A DNA stretch of 64,000 nucleotides. It comes from Octopus bimaculoides. Its lineage: Eukaryota. Shown here piece by piece: positions 49,866 to 63,942 of this stretch. How positions within the stretch are numbered: the stretch's first letter is position 1; every line of letters begins with the position of its first letter. The stretch is from assembly GCF_001194135.2 (NCBI RefSeq), contig NC_068985.1:46189894-46253893 (forward strand), written 5' to 3'. The position numbers were made by a program, and so were the translations under genes. Under the pieces are notes generated by a model. It searched no databases. It was given only the letters and a program-made list of their open reading frames with translations, and was not told the DNA's origin.

Positions 49866-50208
49866 AGTATGTGTACATAATATAAATACATAGTGACTAG
49901 CAATTTATTGATGATCCATATGTATATACAGATTACATATGTAGTTATAATAGGAGCACACTCATGCATGCACACAAGTGTGTGTGTGTGTAAGTGCTCC
50001 CGAGTTCATTTCTGAATCTGATATGAGACAGAACATGATGGAAGAAACTTTTGTTAGTTTGAAATTGTTCTTCATAAACGATGACTGTTAATGTGATGTT
50101 TTAAAGGTTTGCTGCCGAGGTTTCATTGCAAGAGATGTTTAATAATGTGTACAGGCGCACACAATCGCATGCACAGCTACATAACTTTGCGTTCTTGTTC
50201 TTCACATT

Positions 50209-50214
<6 letters not shown>

Positions 50215-50295
<81 letters not shown>

Positions 50296-50300
50296 CATCT
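50215..50300. repeat. (CT)n microsatellite
   Basis: Directly visible. Confidence 0.95.
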
Positions 50301-50679
50301 CTCTTCCCTATGGATATCACCCCATCTGTTTTATGTGTCTATCTATCTATCTATCTTTCTTTGAATAGTATTAGATTTATCTTTCTTTCCGTTTTTACAG
50401 TTTAATGAGAAGAATTAAGCTTCAAAGGAATTTTTGTTTTTGAAGATTTATAAATGCCTGCTGCTACACTCATACTGTACACAACACACATTTGTACATG
50501 CATATATACATACAGTCCCACATTCGTACATACAGTCCCACACACTGACACAGTCTGCTAGGTCCTCAAAAGTTAAGGGCCACTGTTGAATTCTGTTGGA
50601 TTAAGTATGCATTGTTGTGTGCATGTTAGATTATATACCAATTATTATTATTAATTAAAATAATAAATAATAATTCTTT

Positions 50680-50875
50680 CTACTATAGGCACAAGGCCTG
50701 AAATTTTAAGGGAGGGTGCCAGTCAAATTATACCAACCTTGGTGCTCAATTGATACTTATTTCATTGACCCTGAAAGGATGAGAGGCAAAGTTGAACTCA
50801 GGAAAGTAAAGACAGATGAAATGTTGCTAAGCACTTTGTCTGGCATGCTAATGATTCTGCCAGCTCCCTTCCTTT
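50680..50875 (-). mobile_element. SINE family B (antisense)
   Basis: GGCACAAGGCCTGAAATTTT...ATGATTCTGCCAGCTC. Confidence 0.7.
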
Positions 50876-53800
50876 AATGATGATGATTGTAATAATAAAG
50901 CAATTTATATATTTAGAGAGTAAAGTAAATTGCAAACCATCAAGATGCTGGCATGTTCATACAAGTTTCTTTTCCAGTAAGCCACCCATCCCACTGCCAG
51001 TCGGCGTAGTCTTCTAAGTCTGGTTAACTTTTTTTTGCTCTTCTCATCTGTAGTCAATGCTGCAATGTCAGTTCGTGTATTAAGTTCACCTAGAGCTCAT
51101 TTTCGGAGGAGTGTGTGTTTCTATGTTGGTGCTTTCTAGCCTTTGTGTTGGAAAATAGACTAGACTACAGCTGTGTTGTGAGAGGTGAGAATATTTTGTC
51201 TCTGAATTTTTACTTTTTCAAATTGAAAACGACCAACAATTAACTATTTTGACTGCACGTGTGTGTGTGCATGTGTGTGTGTGTGTGTGTGTGCATGTGT
51301 GTGTGTGTGTGTGTGTGTGTGCATGTGTGTGTGTGGGTATGCAAGTGTGTGTCTTTGTGTCCGTGTTTGTATACCATCACTGCTTGACAACCGATGTTAG
51401 TGTGTGTGTTTACATTCCTGTAACTTAGTGGTTTGGCAAAAAGAGACCAATAAGATAAATACTGGGGTTGCTTTGTGTGATTAAAATTCTTCAAAGATGT
51501 GACCCTCCAGCACTGCTTTCTAATGACTGTAACATGTAAAAAGATACAAGATACAAGATACATGAGAACCTAAATACATTTAATTTCAGGATTATGTAGT
51601 GAGAAGTTTAAATAAAAAAAAATATGTTTATATTGTTTTCTCAGTTTTAGTTGGCAAAAGCATCACTAACCATAAAAGGTTGGAAAGAACTGCTGTTGTA
51701 TATCTATGTGCGTATTAAGAGAGATATATGTATGTGTGCAAGCCTGTGTAAACTCAAACACTCCCGTAGTGCATACTTAGAAAGAAATGCTACATAAATA
51801 AATCAGTTCTTAACTATATGACTGTTTAACTTTTAATAATGTTAGCTGCAAAGAAATATACACGCCTTCATCTTTACCGTGTATCATATCAAAGAGAACG
51901 ATAATGAATAGATATAGACAGAAAGCCATTATATAGGATCTGTGAAACATTTTAAATAACTCCATAGATGCTTTATGTATATATGCACGGCTGTCGTTAA
52001 GTTGTCATTATACTATAGACTAAGTACCCCTTTAAAATTGCTGAGCTGGGTATCTTGATATCTTCATTTCCATTACTCATCATACCTTGTTAGGAACTGA
52101 TAGACTCTCTCTCTCTCTCTCTCTCTCCCTCTCTCAAGGATCTGAAAGTAACCATAATCCTTGTATGTCTTAAATCTTTCTCCTATCTTAAAGAAACACT
52201 TCTAGAAAGTTCTATACTAGTATTGAAATTCTCACAACTGACTAAACTATATTAGGTCTCTCTTTCTCCCTCCTTCCCTCTCTCTCTCTCTCTTTTGTTT
52301 TCTCTCTTTCTCCATTCATTTATTCTTGGTTTCTCTCTCTCTCTCTCACACACACACACATTCACTTTATTATTGTCTTTCTTCTACTTAGGTTTCTCTT
52401 TTCTTTCTCCTTCATTTATGCATAGCTTTCTCTCTTTTACCTGTTTATGTGCCTCTCTCTCTCTCTCTCGTGCTTGTCTTTCTTTATTTTTAAAAAAAAA
52501 TTACTTATTGGACATTCTTTTACTGTTTTCATTGTCTCTCTCTCTCTCTCTCTCTTTCATCCTTTTAAGTAAAATGTTTTATTTCTTAAAAGATTTTCTT
52601 CTACTTTTCTATTGAGTTTTCTGTTTCAATCCTCTTGTAGGGCATCTTTCTGTGTTTTTATATATATATATATATNNNNNNNNNNTATATGAGCACACTG
52701 TGTACCATTCTCAATAGCTCAATCACTCTTTGCCTCTTCCTCCTCCTCCTGCTATCTCATTGTATATAGGCATGCAGTACAGAGTACAATTCAGACTTTA
52801 GTTTGATAACTTGTTAGATTTCATCCTATCTCTTATGTCAAAAGGTTTCTTATTTTCTTGTTATACTAAATTTGCAAGATTTCAACCGTCTTATACATTC
52901 ACACGCGCGCGTGCACACACACACACACACACACACACATTCTCTCTGCTTTCTTTTATTGTACTAAGTAATAATAATAATAATAATAATAATATAGTAA
53001 TGATATAGTGATAATATCGACATATACATGCATGGTAAGGATTTTTTAAAAGGATATATAATTCTTGACAACCAATCATAAAATTGGAAGTGGAAAGGGG
53101 AAATTAAATTTGTGTTTTTTTGCAAGTGCGATTTTTACTGTTTTGATAGAAGTTGTTCTGACTTTCAATTCCAGACAGGTGCCAATCGAATCTAGTCAGG
53201 TGCTGGTTCCTATCTCTCACCCATTTGTCTTCAGTCAAACTCCCTCCGTAATTATACAGCAGCATCATTCATACATCTTGCGAATGTTTATTGAATAAAC
53301 TGAATATTATTTCTATAAGTTTATTCATACAATTAGTTGCATCGCATATCGTACACTAACGCTACACATTATAGCTACTGCATGTATCACAGGTAGTTGG
53401 TTGGCATCACATTCTAACTGCACATGGAGTTTATGTACAATCATCTCTTTTAAAACTATTTTCTTCTTTCTATTTTTCTCTCTTCTCATCCTCCTTCCTC
53501 TCCTCGAAATATCTTGCTCTCCCCATTTCTCTCCCATTTTAATTTTTTATTGTTTTTTTCTATTTCTATTATTCTGAATTGACGTTTTATTTTTAATTAT
53601 TATTCCTTTCTATTTCGGTTGATCCAATTCATTTCCATGTTCCATGTTCCAGCCACCTGTTGTTTGTTTGTCATTTGATGGGTTGCTGTGATCCATGGTT
53701 GGGCAGTCTCTCTACTACTAGTTATTTGTAATTCATTAGTTTAGTTATATTCTGTTATCCGTTGTCCTAGCTATGTCATAACTAAATTTAACTTGGTCAA

Positions 53801-55058
53801 GTCTCACGTTGACTTGTTTTAGGAGTTGTTGAGGTCAGATGCGGTGTTGTCAGTCACCCGTACAATTTATAACTAGTTTGGAATATCATTTAATCAGATT
53901 TCAAATCTTATCAAATTTGCCTTTTGTAAATAGGTAAAAAGTACCAGTAAATTATTCTGGTAGTCATAATTAATATCTTCAATACTCATTTGCCCTTACA
54001 AAAATGTGTATAGCCTTCTGTATAAAGTTAAAAACAAAAAGTTTATTCAAGAATTTATTGTTAGTAAAATGTAATTGGTAAATAATTTTCTACATATAGG
54101 GTGCATTGGGAATAAAAGGAATTAAATTTCTTGTGACATGACAATAAAAAAAAAATGAAAAAAAAAAATAGTAAAAAATTATTGTTTAAGCAGTGCTCCA
54201 GCATGGCCTTAACTGTGCTGGTTAAAGCAAACTAATGAACTTCAGAATGAAAAAAAAAGAAAGAAAAAAGAAAGACGGAAATAAACAGTTTTCCATTTTG
54301 TCCACCACCAACTTCCACTACTTATAAACCAACCAACCAACCAGCCAGCCAACCATGCAACTTCACCAATCAATCAATCAATCATTTATTACTTTACTGG
54401 TCAGCAGCCAAATCAGACATGAATGACATCATGCTAACCAATATTAACTTACCCACCCCCCACATACTGTAATCCTCATTTTGTGTACTGACTGTGTTTT
54501 TTTTTGTGTCTTGCTATTTTTTTTGTCAACTCTTCAAGAGAGAGTGGTAGCTAACAAACTTACACTGCTTATTGAGGAAAAAGAACAAAAAAAAAAGAGC
54601 AAAATACAGCAACAAACAGCACACGCACCCCTTTAACTCATTCACCCCTTTCCTCTTCCGAGGAGGTCTGAATGACCTGTGTATGGTAACATCAAAAGAA
54701 CCCCTAACAAACACATACCCCTTCTACAATCATACACCACCGTATTAATGATTTCCTTCTTTATATGAACTTCCAACATTCTATACTGAGACCCTCCCCC
54801 TCTTGCCACTGCTACATGTACACCCATTCCACTTTACGTTTCCTTTTTTCATAAGAATCTTCCACAAGATTCTCATTATTTGTCATCATCATCATCATCA
54901 TCATCATACTATTTTTATTTACTTATTTTATTCATTTTTTTTTCCCCCTCCACCTTATTATCTATTATCGTTTATCCTTTTCGTTACTATTTTCGTTATT
55001 ATTTGTTATTGATTAATTTTCCTTGCCTGCTGCTAGCTTTCACAAAGTTTTTGTTCAG

Positions 55059-55402
55059 GTGTGGACAAATTATATACGACAAGCACTTGTTGCATGTGGC
55101 TGAATATCAACATGACGGTGGTGCGTGTAGATGATCAGCTAGCAGGGATTGATCTTGTTTCCTTACATACCTCCATCCATAGATGATATTCAATTATCTG
55201 TTTATATATAATTAAAGAAAAAAGTTAAAGTGAGAAAAAAAAAATATACGAGCCAAAAAAAAAAAAAAGAATTAAAAAAAATCTGGAAGGAAGTCAACGT
55301 GTTCTCTTGTGTTCTCTTGGAGTTTGCAACTATGTTATGTTACTTAAGGTGGAAATAACAGGTGGAAACTGTACATAATTTGTTACCGGCATGTACCACC
55401 AG
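55059..55402 (+). other. Candidate 344-nt exon (uORF-rich 5' UTR), possibly ending in a start codon (MYHQ)
   Basis: Acceptor tttttgttcag|G. Donor CCAG|gtaaga at 55403. ATG TAC CAC CAG at 55391-55402 lies in phase 0 with the donor. Confidence 0.4.
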
Positions 55403-55984
55403 GTAAGAAGAAATTGTTACACTTTGGCAACTTACCTGCTCCCCCTGTCCATTTACTTTCAAGTTTATTATTTACCATATTTTTCATAAAAGAACTCTTA
55501 AAATAAACAAAAGAAATTGTTGTTGTTGTTGTGATAGAGCAATGAATTGGCAGAATTGTTGGACAAAATACCTTGTAGTATTACTTCTGGCTCTCTCTCT
55601 ATTCTCAATTCAAATCCCTCCGAGGCCAGGTTTACTCTTTATCTCTTTGGGGTTTTAACAAAATAAAGCACCTGTCAAATAACCAAGGCCCATGGTGTTG
55701 TTTAACTCTCATCACTCAAAAAAATTGCTTGTCTTGTACCTAAATAGAAACAACTGATGTTATTGTAATGATTATGAATGCTTCAATGTTGAAAGTTTGT
55801 TGAATTTGTAGCTGTCATCCCTCAAGGGATAAAAGAAATACCATTGTGTTAATTCTGATTCTTCCTACATAAAAAGTGAATGTGTACCAACAGCATTATT
55901 GTTGATGTTGAATGTCCTTAAGAAAGGTGTGAATGCCACCAGATCTCACGAATTTTCATGGTAATGTAAAAAAGTTATTATTGG

Positions 55985-56575
55985 GTCGACTTTGCCTTTC
56001 GTCCTTTCGGGGTCGATAAAATAAGTACCAATTGAACACTGGAGTCGATTAAATCAACTTATCTCTTTCCCTGAAAATGCTGGCCTTGTGCCAGAATTTG
56101 AAACCATTACCATTATTAAGGCAGTGAGCTGGCAGAATCATTAGCATACTGGACAAAATGTTTAGTGGCATTTTGCCTGTCTTTACATTCTGAGTTCAAA
56201 TTCTGCTGAGGTCAACTTTGCCTTTCATCCTTCAGAGTTGACGAAATAAGTACCATTTACATACTGGAGTCAATATAATCGACTAGCCCCTCCTCCAAAA
56301 TTTCAGGCCTTGTGCTTTTAGTAGAAAGGATTATTATTAATATTAAGGTGGCGAACTGGCAGAATCGTTAGAGTGCTGAATGAAATGCTTAGTGGTATTT
56401 CGCCCCTCGCTACATTCTGAGTTCAAATTCTGCCGAGGTCGACTTCACTTTTCATCTTTTCAGGGTCGATAAAATAAGTATCAGTTGTACACTGGGGTCA
56501 GTGTAATCGACTTAGTCCCTTCCCCCAAATTGCTGCCCTTGTGGCAAAATTTGAAACCATTATTATTATTATAAG
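55985..56575 (+). mobile_element. Three head-to-tail SINE family B copies
   Basis: Core GAGGTC(G/A)ACTT...AAGTA(C/T)CA repeated three times, separated by (ATT)n-like tails. Confidence 0.8.
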
Positions 56576-57214
56576 GCCAATGGAGTGGTGGAAATGTTTG
56601 AGCATTGTTTATGTTTTTAGTTTGTTGCCTCAAATCCATTCAAATTCCTCTTGGGGTCCACCTGTAGTTTTCTTGTTTTGTGATTGGTAAACTAAGTACC
56701 AGTTACAGACCAGCTGAGGCATGAGTTTGATTACTAATGTAATCAAATGCACATCATTGGCTTTGTGTCTGTCTAGTTGTTAGAAAGCATTATTAATTGG
56801 GTAGGTAAGCTGACAGACATTAAAGGATGCTAAGTTATAAGTTAGTAAAACTAAAGTTGTTTATATATTTTGCTATTTAATGCATACTTTTGATTGAAAT
56901 ACATCTAGAAAATAAATTAGCCTTGTGACACTGGCATATAACTTATATGTGCTAAAAGTTTTCACTAGTTAAATCTTTGTTTAATAGTTTGGTGTTTTAT
57001 TCATTTATAGATTACCGGTCTGTTTTGTTTGTCTCTACTTGATGTAAAATATTGTGCGTGCATGCGTGTGTGCATAGACACATGTCCACCAATAGAAATT
57101 GGTGATTATGTGTCTGTGACTAGTTTCTGCGCATTATATAGATAGGTACGTTCTTATAAAGTACCACCACTGCTTACTTTTTATTTAGAGATTATCTCGA
57201 AGTTGTTGTTTAGC

Positions 57215-57420
57215 CAAAGTTCTCTCATTATTGAAGCAGACCCATGACAAAAGATATTTCAGCTGTGACCATTCCTATCTAGACATGTTGCACTGAAGAC
57301 CACATTTATCTAATATGTACTTCTTTTCCTAAGACAGTAGGTTTTAGTTTGAGAGAGATTTTAGCTGCTATTTCTAGCAGTTCAGTTGACTGTATAGAAG
57401 CATCGTTACTGGCTTGTATG
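57215..57420 (-). mobile_element. Uncharacterised ~200-bp interspersed repeat (family E)
   Basis: Shares CTAGAAATAGCAGC.AAATCT and GGTCATGGCTGGAA-like segments with decayed copies near 0.3, 1.55, 27.3, 31.65 and 38.1 kb. Confidence 0.55.
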
Positions 57421-58846
57421 TAACCTCTCCAAAGTTTTTGCGTCATGGCACAACTTTTCATATGACCGGTTTGCAGCGGTCAAAAATGTTAGAGGTTTTT
57501 CTCGCTGCTCCATACTCACCCTAATTTTCTTCCTATTATTATGTCTAGATATTTTTCATTATCACTGCAGTATCATTTGATTCGACTGTTATTTGCTAGG
57601 AGTCACTACCAGCACCACCACCACCACTTTCATCATCATCACCATCATCATCATTCCTGTTCTAACTACTCTACTTCTGTTTTCAAATCTACTTGAAGAC
57701 ATGTGTGAGTGCACAAGGTATTCATAGAGTCCTCGTGTGGTGGAAATTTAATGACTTCCATTTTCTGTAAGATATAAAGTTATTAAATAGTTTTAAAAGT
57801 TCAAGTATGGAGACACTCTTTGTATGTATTATCTCTTTAAATGAAACTGGAAGAGTTAGAGAGAGGAGTGGTGGTGGTGGTGGTGGTAGATGTTTTGCTT
57901 TATCCAGAGGACAGTCATCTTACCTTTTAAAGCTAAACTTTTCAGTGAAACTTCTCAATAGTGTAAAGGATCAGAAAGTGAGAAGAAAGTCTTCTGGAAA
58001 TGCATTTTGATTTTCACTATCAATAACTTCTTTCCAACAAATTATATAGGTAAATGTAAAACACAACCCCCACCTCTATTCTCACATATATATAGCACCT
58101 CTCTCTCTCTCTCTCTCTCTCTCTCNNNNNNNNNNNNNNNNNNNNNNNNNNNNNNNNNNNNNNNNNNNNNNNNNNNNNNNNNNNNNNNNNNNNNNNNNNN
58201 NNNNNNNNNNNNNNNNNNNNNNNNNNNNNNNNNNNNNNNNNNNNNNNNNNNNNNNNNNNNNNNNNNNNNNNNNNNNNNNNNNNNNNNNNNNNNNNNNNNN
58301 NNNNNNNNNNNNNNNNNNNNNNNNNNNNNNNNNNNNNNNNNNNNNNNNNNNNNNNNNNNNNNNNNNNNNNNNNNNNNNNNNNNNNNNNNNNNNNNNNNNN
58401 NNNNNNNNNNNNNNNNNNNNNNNNNNNNNNNNNNNNNNNNNNNNNNNNNNNNNNNNNNNNNNNNNNNNNNNNNNNNNNNNNNNNNNNNNNNNNNNNNNNN
58501 NNNNNNNNNNNNNNNNNNNNNNNNNNNNNNNNNNNNNNNNNNNNNNNNNNNNNNNNNNNNNNNNNNNNNNNNNNNNNNNNNNNNNNNNNNNNNNNNNNNN
58601 NNNNNNNNNNNNNNNNNNNNNNNNNNNNNNNNNNNNNNNNNNNNNNNNNNNNNNNNNNNNNNNNNNNNNNNNNNNNNNNNNNNNNNNNNNNNNNNNNNNN
58701 NNNNNNNNNNNNNNNNNNNNNNNNNNNNNNNNNNNNNNNNNNNNNNNNNNNNNNNNNNNNNNNNNNNNNNNNNNNNNNNNNNNNNNNNNNNNNNNNNTAT
58801 ATACATCTAAATCATATATATATATATATATATAGACATCTAAATC

Positions 58847-58881
<35 letters not shown>

Positions 58882-59212
58882 TATATGTATATATTTATTT
58901 ATATATATATATGTACAGCTATTAAGTAGGGAAATAGGGTCTGCAATTTAAGATAAGTGTTTTTTAGTTGGTAACAACAACAAGTAATGGATAACACACT
59001 TGTAAGTTTTCCTTAATAGTTCCAGAAAATTGATATTTATTGGATGGCTGATGTTATTCAATATGTTCCAAGTCTTGTGTGTGTGTATGTGTGTCTGTGT
59101 TCTACACAATACTTATTCGTTCTATTTCTGTGTTTTTGTTTTTTCCTCTCTTACCCCATGTTCTAAGTATAGCGGTATTTCTATTTCTTTTACACACTTA
59201 TACAAGCACACC

Positions 59213-59252
<40 letters not shown>

Positions 59253-59360
59253 TATGTACCTAAAGAAACCTTACGTATTAAAAGAAACTATATCTTATAT
59301 ATGCTTACACTTGGAAAAACACCTTGTGAAAGAATCTCTGATGACATTCTCATACGTGCG

Positions 59361-59401
<41 letters not shown>

Positions 59402-62400
59402 TTAGGCACACAGTTTCACTTTTGCAACTTTCTGAGCGTTTTCATATATCTTCCTTTATTTTTATTTTTTATTATTTATTCTCCTTAAATATGCTTTACT
59501 CTGTCTTTCTCTCTCTCTCTCTCTCTTGTCTCTCTAACACTTTCTCTTCGTTTCGATTTCTCTCATCTTCAACACTCACCTTTGCTCTTCAATTTTCTCT
59601 GTCTCTTCCCATCTTTAGCACTCACTTTTTCTCATCATCTACTTTTGATTTTATTTACTCCATGTGTATATTTGCCTGTATGTTTCTTTCATTCGTGTGC
59701 ATATTTCTGTCTTTCATTTTCTCATTTCATTTTCTCTCTCTCTTCCCCTACCCTTTTTCGGTTAATTTGTCTGTCTGTCTCTGTTGCACCACACTCCCCA
59801 CATGTGCGCGCACACACACACACACACACACTCACACTCTTTCTCTCATCCTCTCTTTCCTTTTCTTTTTAAACTGTATTTAAAGTTTTCTTTTATTTGA
59901 AATTACAAGATCAGATGTTTAACATTTCTTTTGATTTCTCTATTTTACTTCACCTTTTTATTTTCTCTTCTATTCTTCTCATCTCTAACTTGACCCCAAA
60001 TCTACCAGAATCTGCCTTTATCAACACTGTTGCTACCGGCATCATAATAATCATCATAGCGATTCTCTTGGTTTTGTCATTGATGTCGCTATATTGTATG
60101 GTTTTGTGATTAAGAAGTTCGCATTGCTACCACAAGGTTCCTGGTTCAATCCCATTTCATGGGCTTTTATCGCATGTAGCCTCAAGTTGACCAGTGTCTT
60201 GTGGATGGAATTTGGTTGACGGTGACTCTGCAAAACCAGTTGTGTGTGTATATGTATCTATGTCCATGTCCTCTTTAATGTTGTGTCAATGTATACCCTG
60301 TAACATAGCAGATTGACAAATAGAGATTGATAAAATAAGTGCCTGACTACAATCCCTGGAGGGATGTGTCTCAGCACGAGGTGTATTGTATTATCGTTGT
60401 CAAATTTTCCTTCTTATTGATAAACGAATAACCTTATAGCTTCATGAACAAGTGAGGATTGATGATAATTATGATGACAATGTTGCCAACAATTGCTGTT
60501 AGGGAGGAAGAATGCCAAAATCATTTGTGTTGGAAGAAATGCCTTGTAGTATTTAATCCAGATATTTATGGTCAAAGTTTGATTCTTACTGAGGTCAGCT
60601 TTACCTTTCCATCCCTCTGGGTTTATAAAGTTCCTGTCAAAGACAAGGTCAGTCGTAACCTCTCCTGTCAAAATTGCAGGCCTTGTGCTTATTTTCGGAA
60701 CCATTATTATTGCTGTTATTATATCAGATATAATTTGAATTGTTTTGCTTGAGTTTCATATAGAGAACATCTACAATTCAAACAAGAAAAAAAAAAGGTG
60801 ATTTGAAGGGGAAAAAAAAAGTAGCCAAATGAAAATCCTTTCAAAAAACACTCAATGAAACTGTTGTAATATTGTGACCCATTACCGATACTCATATTGA
60901 TTATTGCCAGAAACCATTTACAAAACAAATATCATCATAGATGAAACTTAGGTTTGCTGTTAGACTGAGAATTATTTTCCATATAACAATGTTTACCCTT
61001 AATTTCTGCCCTTTTTTCTCAGTTTACATTTTGAACAACCAACAGGTGTATGTGTTTGTGTGTGATTATATGTTGCTGTGAGACAGTTTTAGACTTCTCA
61101 TCATGCCACTCCCTGCTGAATGAATGACTAAATGAAACTGAGTTGGTCAGCTGTTCTGCGACTGTCTATGCTGCTTGCCATTGTGATGTCATAATTTCTT
61201 TTTTCTTTTTCTTTTAAATCAAACTACATTTGTTAGTCTTCTATGATTCCACCCTCTCCTTGAACATAGTCACACCACTCACTACTGCAGTATGCAAGTT
61301 AATGCTGAGATTTCTTTCTTATCTTACATTCTGAGAGACTTGTGTTTCCCTGATTAACAATTAGCTAACATTTAATATTTACGCTACCGCCTGTCTACAG
61401 GTGTGCATGTGTGTGTGTGTGTGTGCATGATCACAGAGGTAATGACATTAATGGTCGACATAAGCCGTCTTGTGAGTTGAAGAGAGCCAAGAAGAGAAGG
61501 AGTTAGGGGTCATGGAAAGAAGTAACGCAAATGATGAAAAAGATAGTTTAGCCATTGCCATGAATACCAAGTGTTCAGAAGCAGAAAATATGAACAGTTG
61601 GTACAATCGGAAGAATATCATATAGCAGACCACTGCCAGCCCCATGCTGTGCTATAAAGAATAGAAGAAATTGTAAATGCTAATGACAATTGGAATTATG
61701 ACCTACCACATAATTATTTTCAAGCGAACATTTCTTATCACAACTTTTGAATAATTGAGTTCCTCTTTTATGCATTCATATTGTAAATAATTACAGAATT
61801 GTGAATAGTTTTCCAGAAAGCTGCAAACTTGGTATTCCTTTTGTATCTTCTGCTGTTTGTGTGTGCAGGTGTATGCATGTAATGTATGTATTGTCATACT
61901 GACCTATCAGCAACAATGGAATTGAAACAGGAATTTGAACAAGTCATGTTGCAATTTCGAACAATCCAACTCCAACTCTCTCCTTGTTTGAGTTGTTGGT
62001 CATTATCTTACGTTCTTTCTTTTTATTAACTTTTTTTTTTTTTTTTAATATTTTAAAACAAATTTGACTTCTATAGTAACAATTGTGACATCTTAGACAA
62101 TCAGCTTGAAAGTTGGTTCTATTTATAATCTAGCATGGTAATTCCTACAGTTGAGTGGGTGTACCAGTCAATGATGGGTCCAACCCCACACGTTCCTGGC
62201 TGATTATTAATAAAAAAAAAAAAAGGAAAAGTAAAAAAAGAAACAATCCTTGAAACTTGTCTGTGTGATGTTGTCAGATCAGAACTTATTAAGTTGTTGT
62301 TGGTGTCTTGGCAATTTTGGCTCAAAGCTTGTAAGTATTATACTATTTTCTGTTATATATGTTTTAGTTGCTTCATTGTTATTATTATTTAGTACTATGT

Positions 62401-63060
62401 CAGCTCTGACTACACAGAGCCGTGACCATCCCATTCTTCTTTTCAACATTGTATATTTAGGTACATATTATCCAATGTGTTCTATTTTTCAATGTATGCC
62501 ATAACATGAGGCAGACTTTGTGCTATTTCTGGCATGTTGAACATTCACGTAGAAGCGTTTTCATTGGTTTGACTCCATGTAGCGTATACCTGTGCACTAC
62601 ATTTGTCTGTGAGTTTGTCTCTTTTGGTCCTGATGGATCTGAACATGGGCTCGTTGACTTAACGTTAGAATATGTTAGCATTTGTTAGACGTGTGTGTTG
62701 TTTCATCTTCTGTATGTCTTTTGTGTATCTCAGACTGAGAGAAAGCATGCGTTGAATGACAGCTAAAGTGTTGGTAGTTATCGAAACACTATTCATAACT
62801 AGTGCTTTTCTGTGTAATGAGTGAAATAGAACACATAGCAAACTCCAAGTATTGGTTTTAGTTTTGCTCATGTTGCCCACAACGAAGCATTGCTACTTTA
62901 TGCCCTGATTACATCTTTTTCTGAGCAAGGGGGAAGAAAGCATAAACAGTTGCATGTGTTTACATGACTGGTTGTGGTGGCAGTCTGTATAATAAGCCAT
63001 CTTTTGTGTTTGTCTCATGTATGCAGAAAGAGCGGGAGAGAAAGTGAGCGAGAGAGAGTA

Positions 63061-63100
63061 GGGGCTATAAAAATCACATAACTGCAACAATACCAGTGAC
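63061..63100 (+). promoter_or_regulatory. Candidate TATA + initiator core promoter
   Basis: GGGGCTATAAAAA (TATA from 63066), with CCAGT placing an A 29 nt downstream (63095). Possible donor TGG|gtaatt at 63401. Confidence 0.3.
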
Positions 63101-63649
63101 ATGCTGAAATCAGTGCGATGATGCATAGCAACTCTTCCTATGTATTCTTTTAAACTTATGAAAGTATGGGCTGTTATTGCAAGTGTGTGTGATATTAGAG
63201 GTGTTGTGTATGCATAGCTCTGTGTTGTGATTTCATTTGCTGAGAGAGTGTGAGAGAGAATGATAGAGTAGCACATACAGACAAATCTGTGTATGTTGCT
63301 TATCGAGATGTGTAGTTAGTCGTCGTGGCAACGGTGTGAGTAGTAGTAGCAGTAGTGTTTAGTTGCAAAGTTGGCGGTGCACATCTTCTTCACCCTATGG
63401 GTAATTATCACATGTGAAATACAGTGAAATATATGTCATATTAATGTTTATAACTCTGTCCATTGTTGATTGGATACTACAGGAATTATGCTCTGCAATA
63501 CTGTAATTAAAGTATTGAAATACTCTAAGAAATATAAGGTCATGTATGGTCTAGTACATTAGCTAACTATGCATGTGTAGTAATATAAATGTGTGTGTGT
63601 GTGTCTATGCATGTGTTTACGTTTATGTGTATGTACAGATACATGTGTG

Positions 63650-63682
<33 letters not shown>

Positions 63683-63720
63683 ATGTGTGTGTGTGTATAT
63701 ATAACTGTGTGTATATATAT

Positions 63721-63910
63721 CACTGCTTTGCAACCTTTTTTCACTGGCAGTATACTTATATTGTTTTCAAAATTTGGTGGCACACTTAACTAAAAAATAT
63801 ATATAGATATATAGGGGAAAAAAAAAATATATTTAGGTTTACACTGTGGCACACCTAGCATTAACTCCTGGAACACCAGTGTGCCATGGCATACTGGTTG
63901 CAGAGCACAG
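63721..63910. mobile_element. hAT-type MITE inserted in (TA)n
   Basis: Termini CACTGCTTTGCAACC / GGTTGCAGAGCACAG (12/15 complementary); subterminal GTGTGCCATGGCATAC quasi-palindrome. Confidence 0.6.

Positions 63911-63942
<32 letters not shown>

Noticed and set aside
61440-61780. Purine-rich stretch with short open frames (MERSNANDEKDSLAIAM...)
   Set aside because: Frames are short and broken by stops, with no recognisable motif or coherent splice sites.
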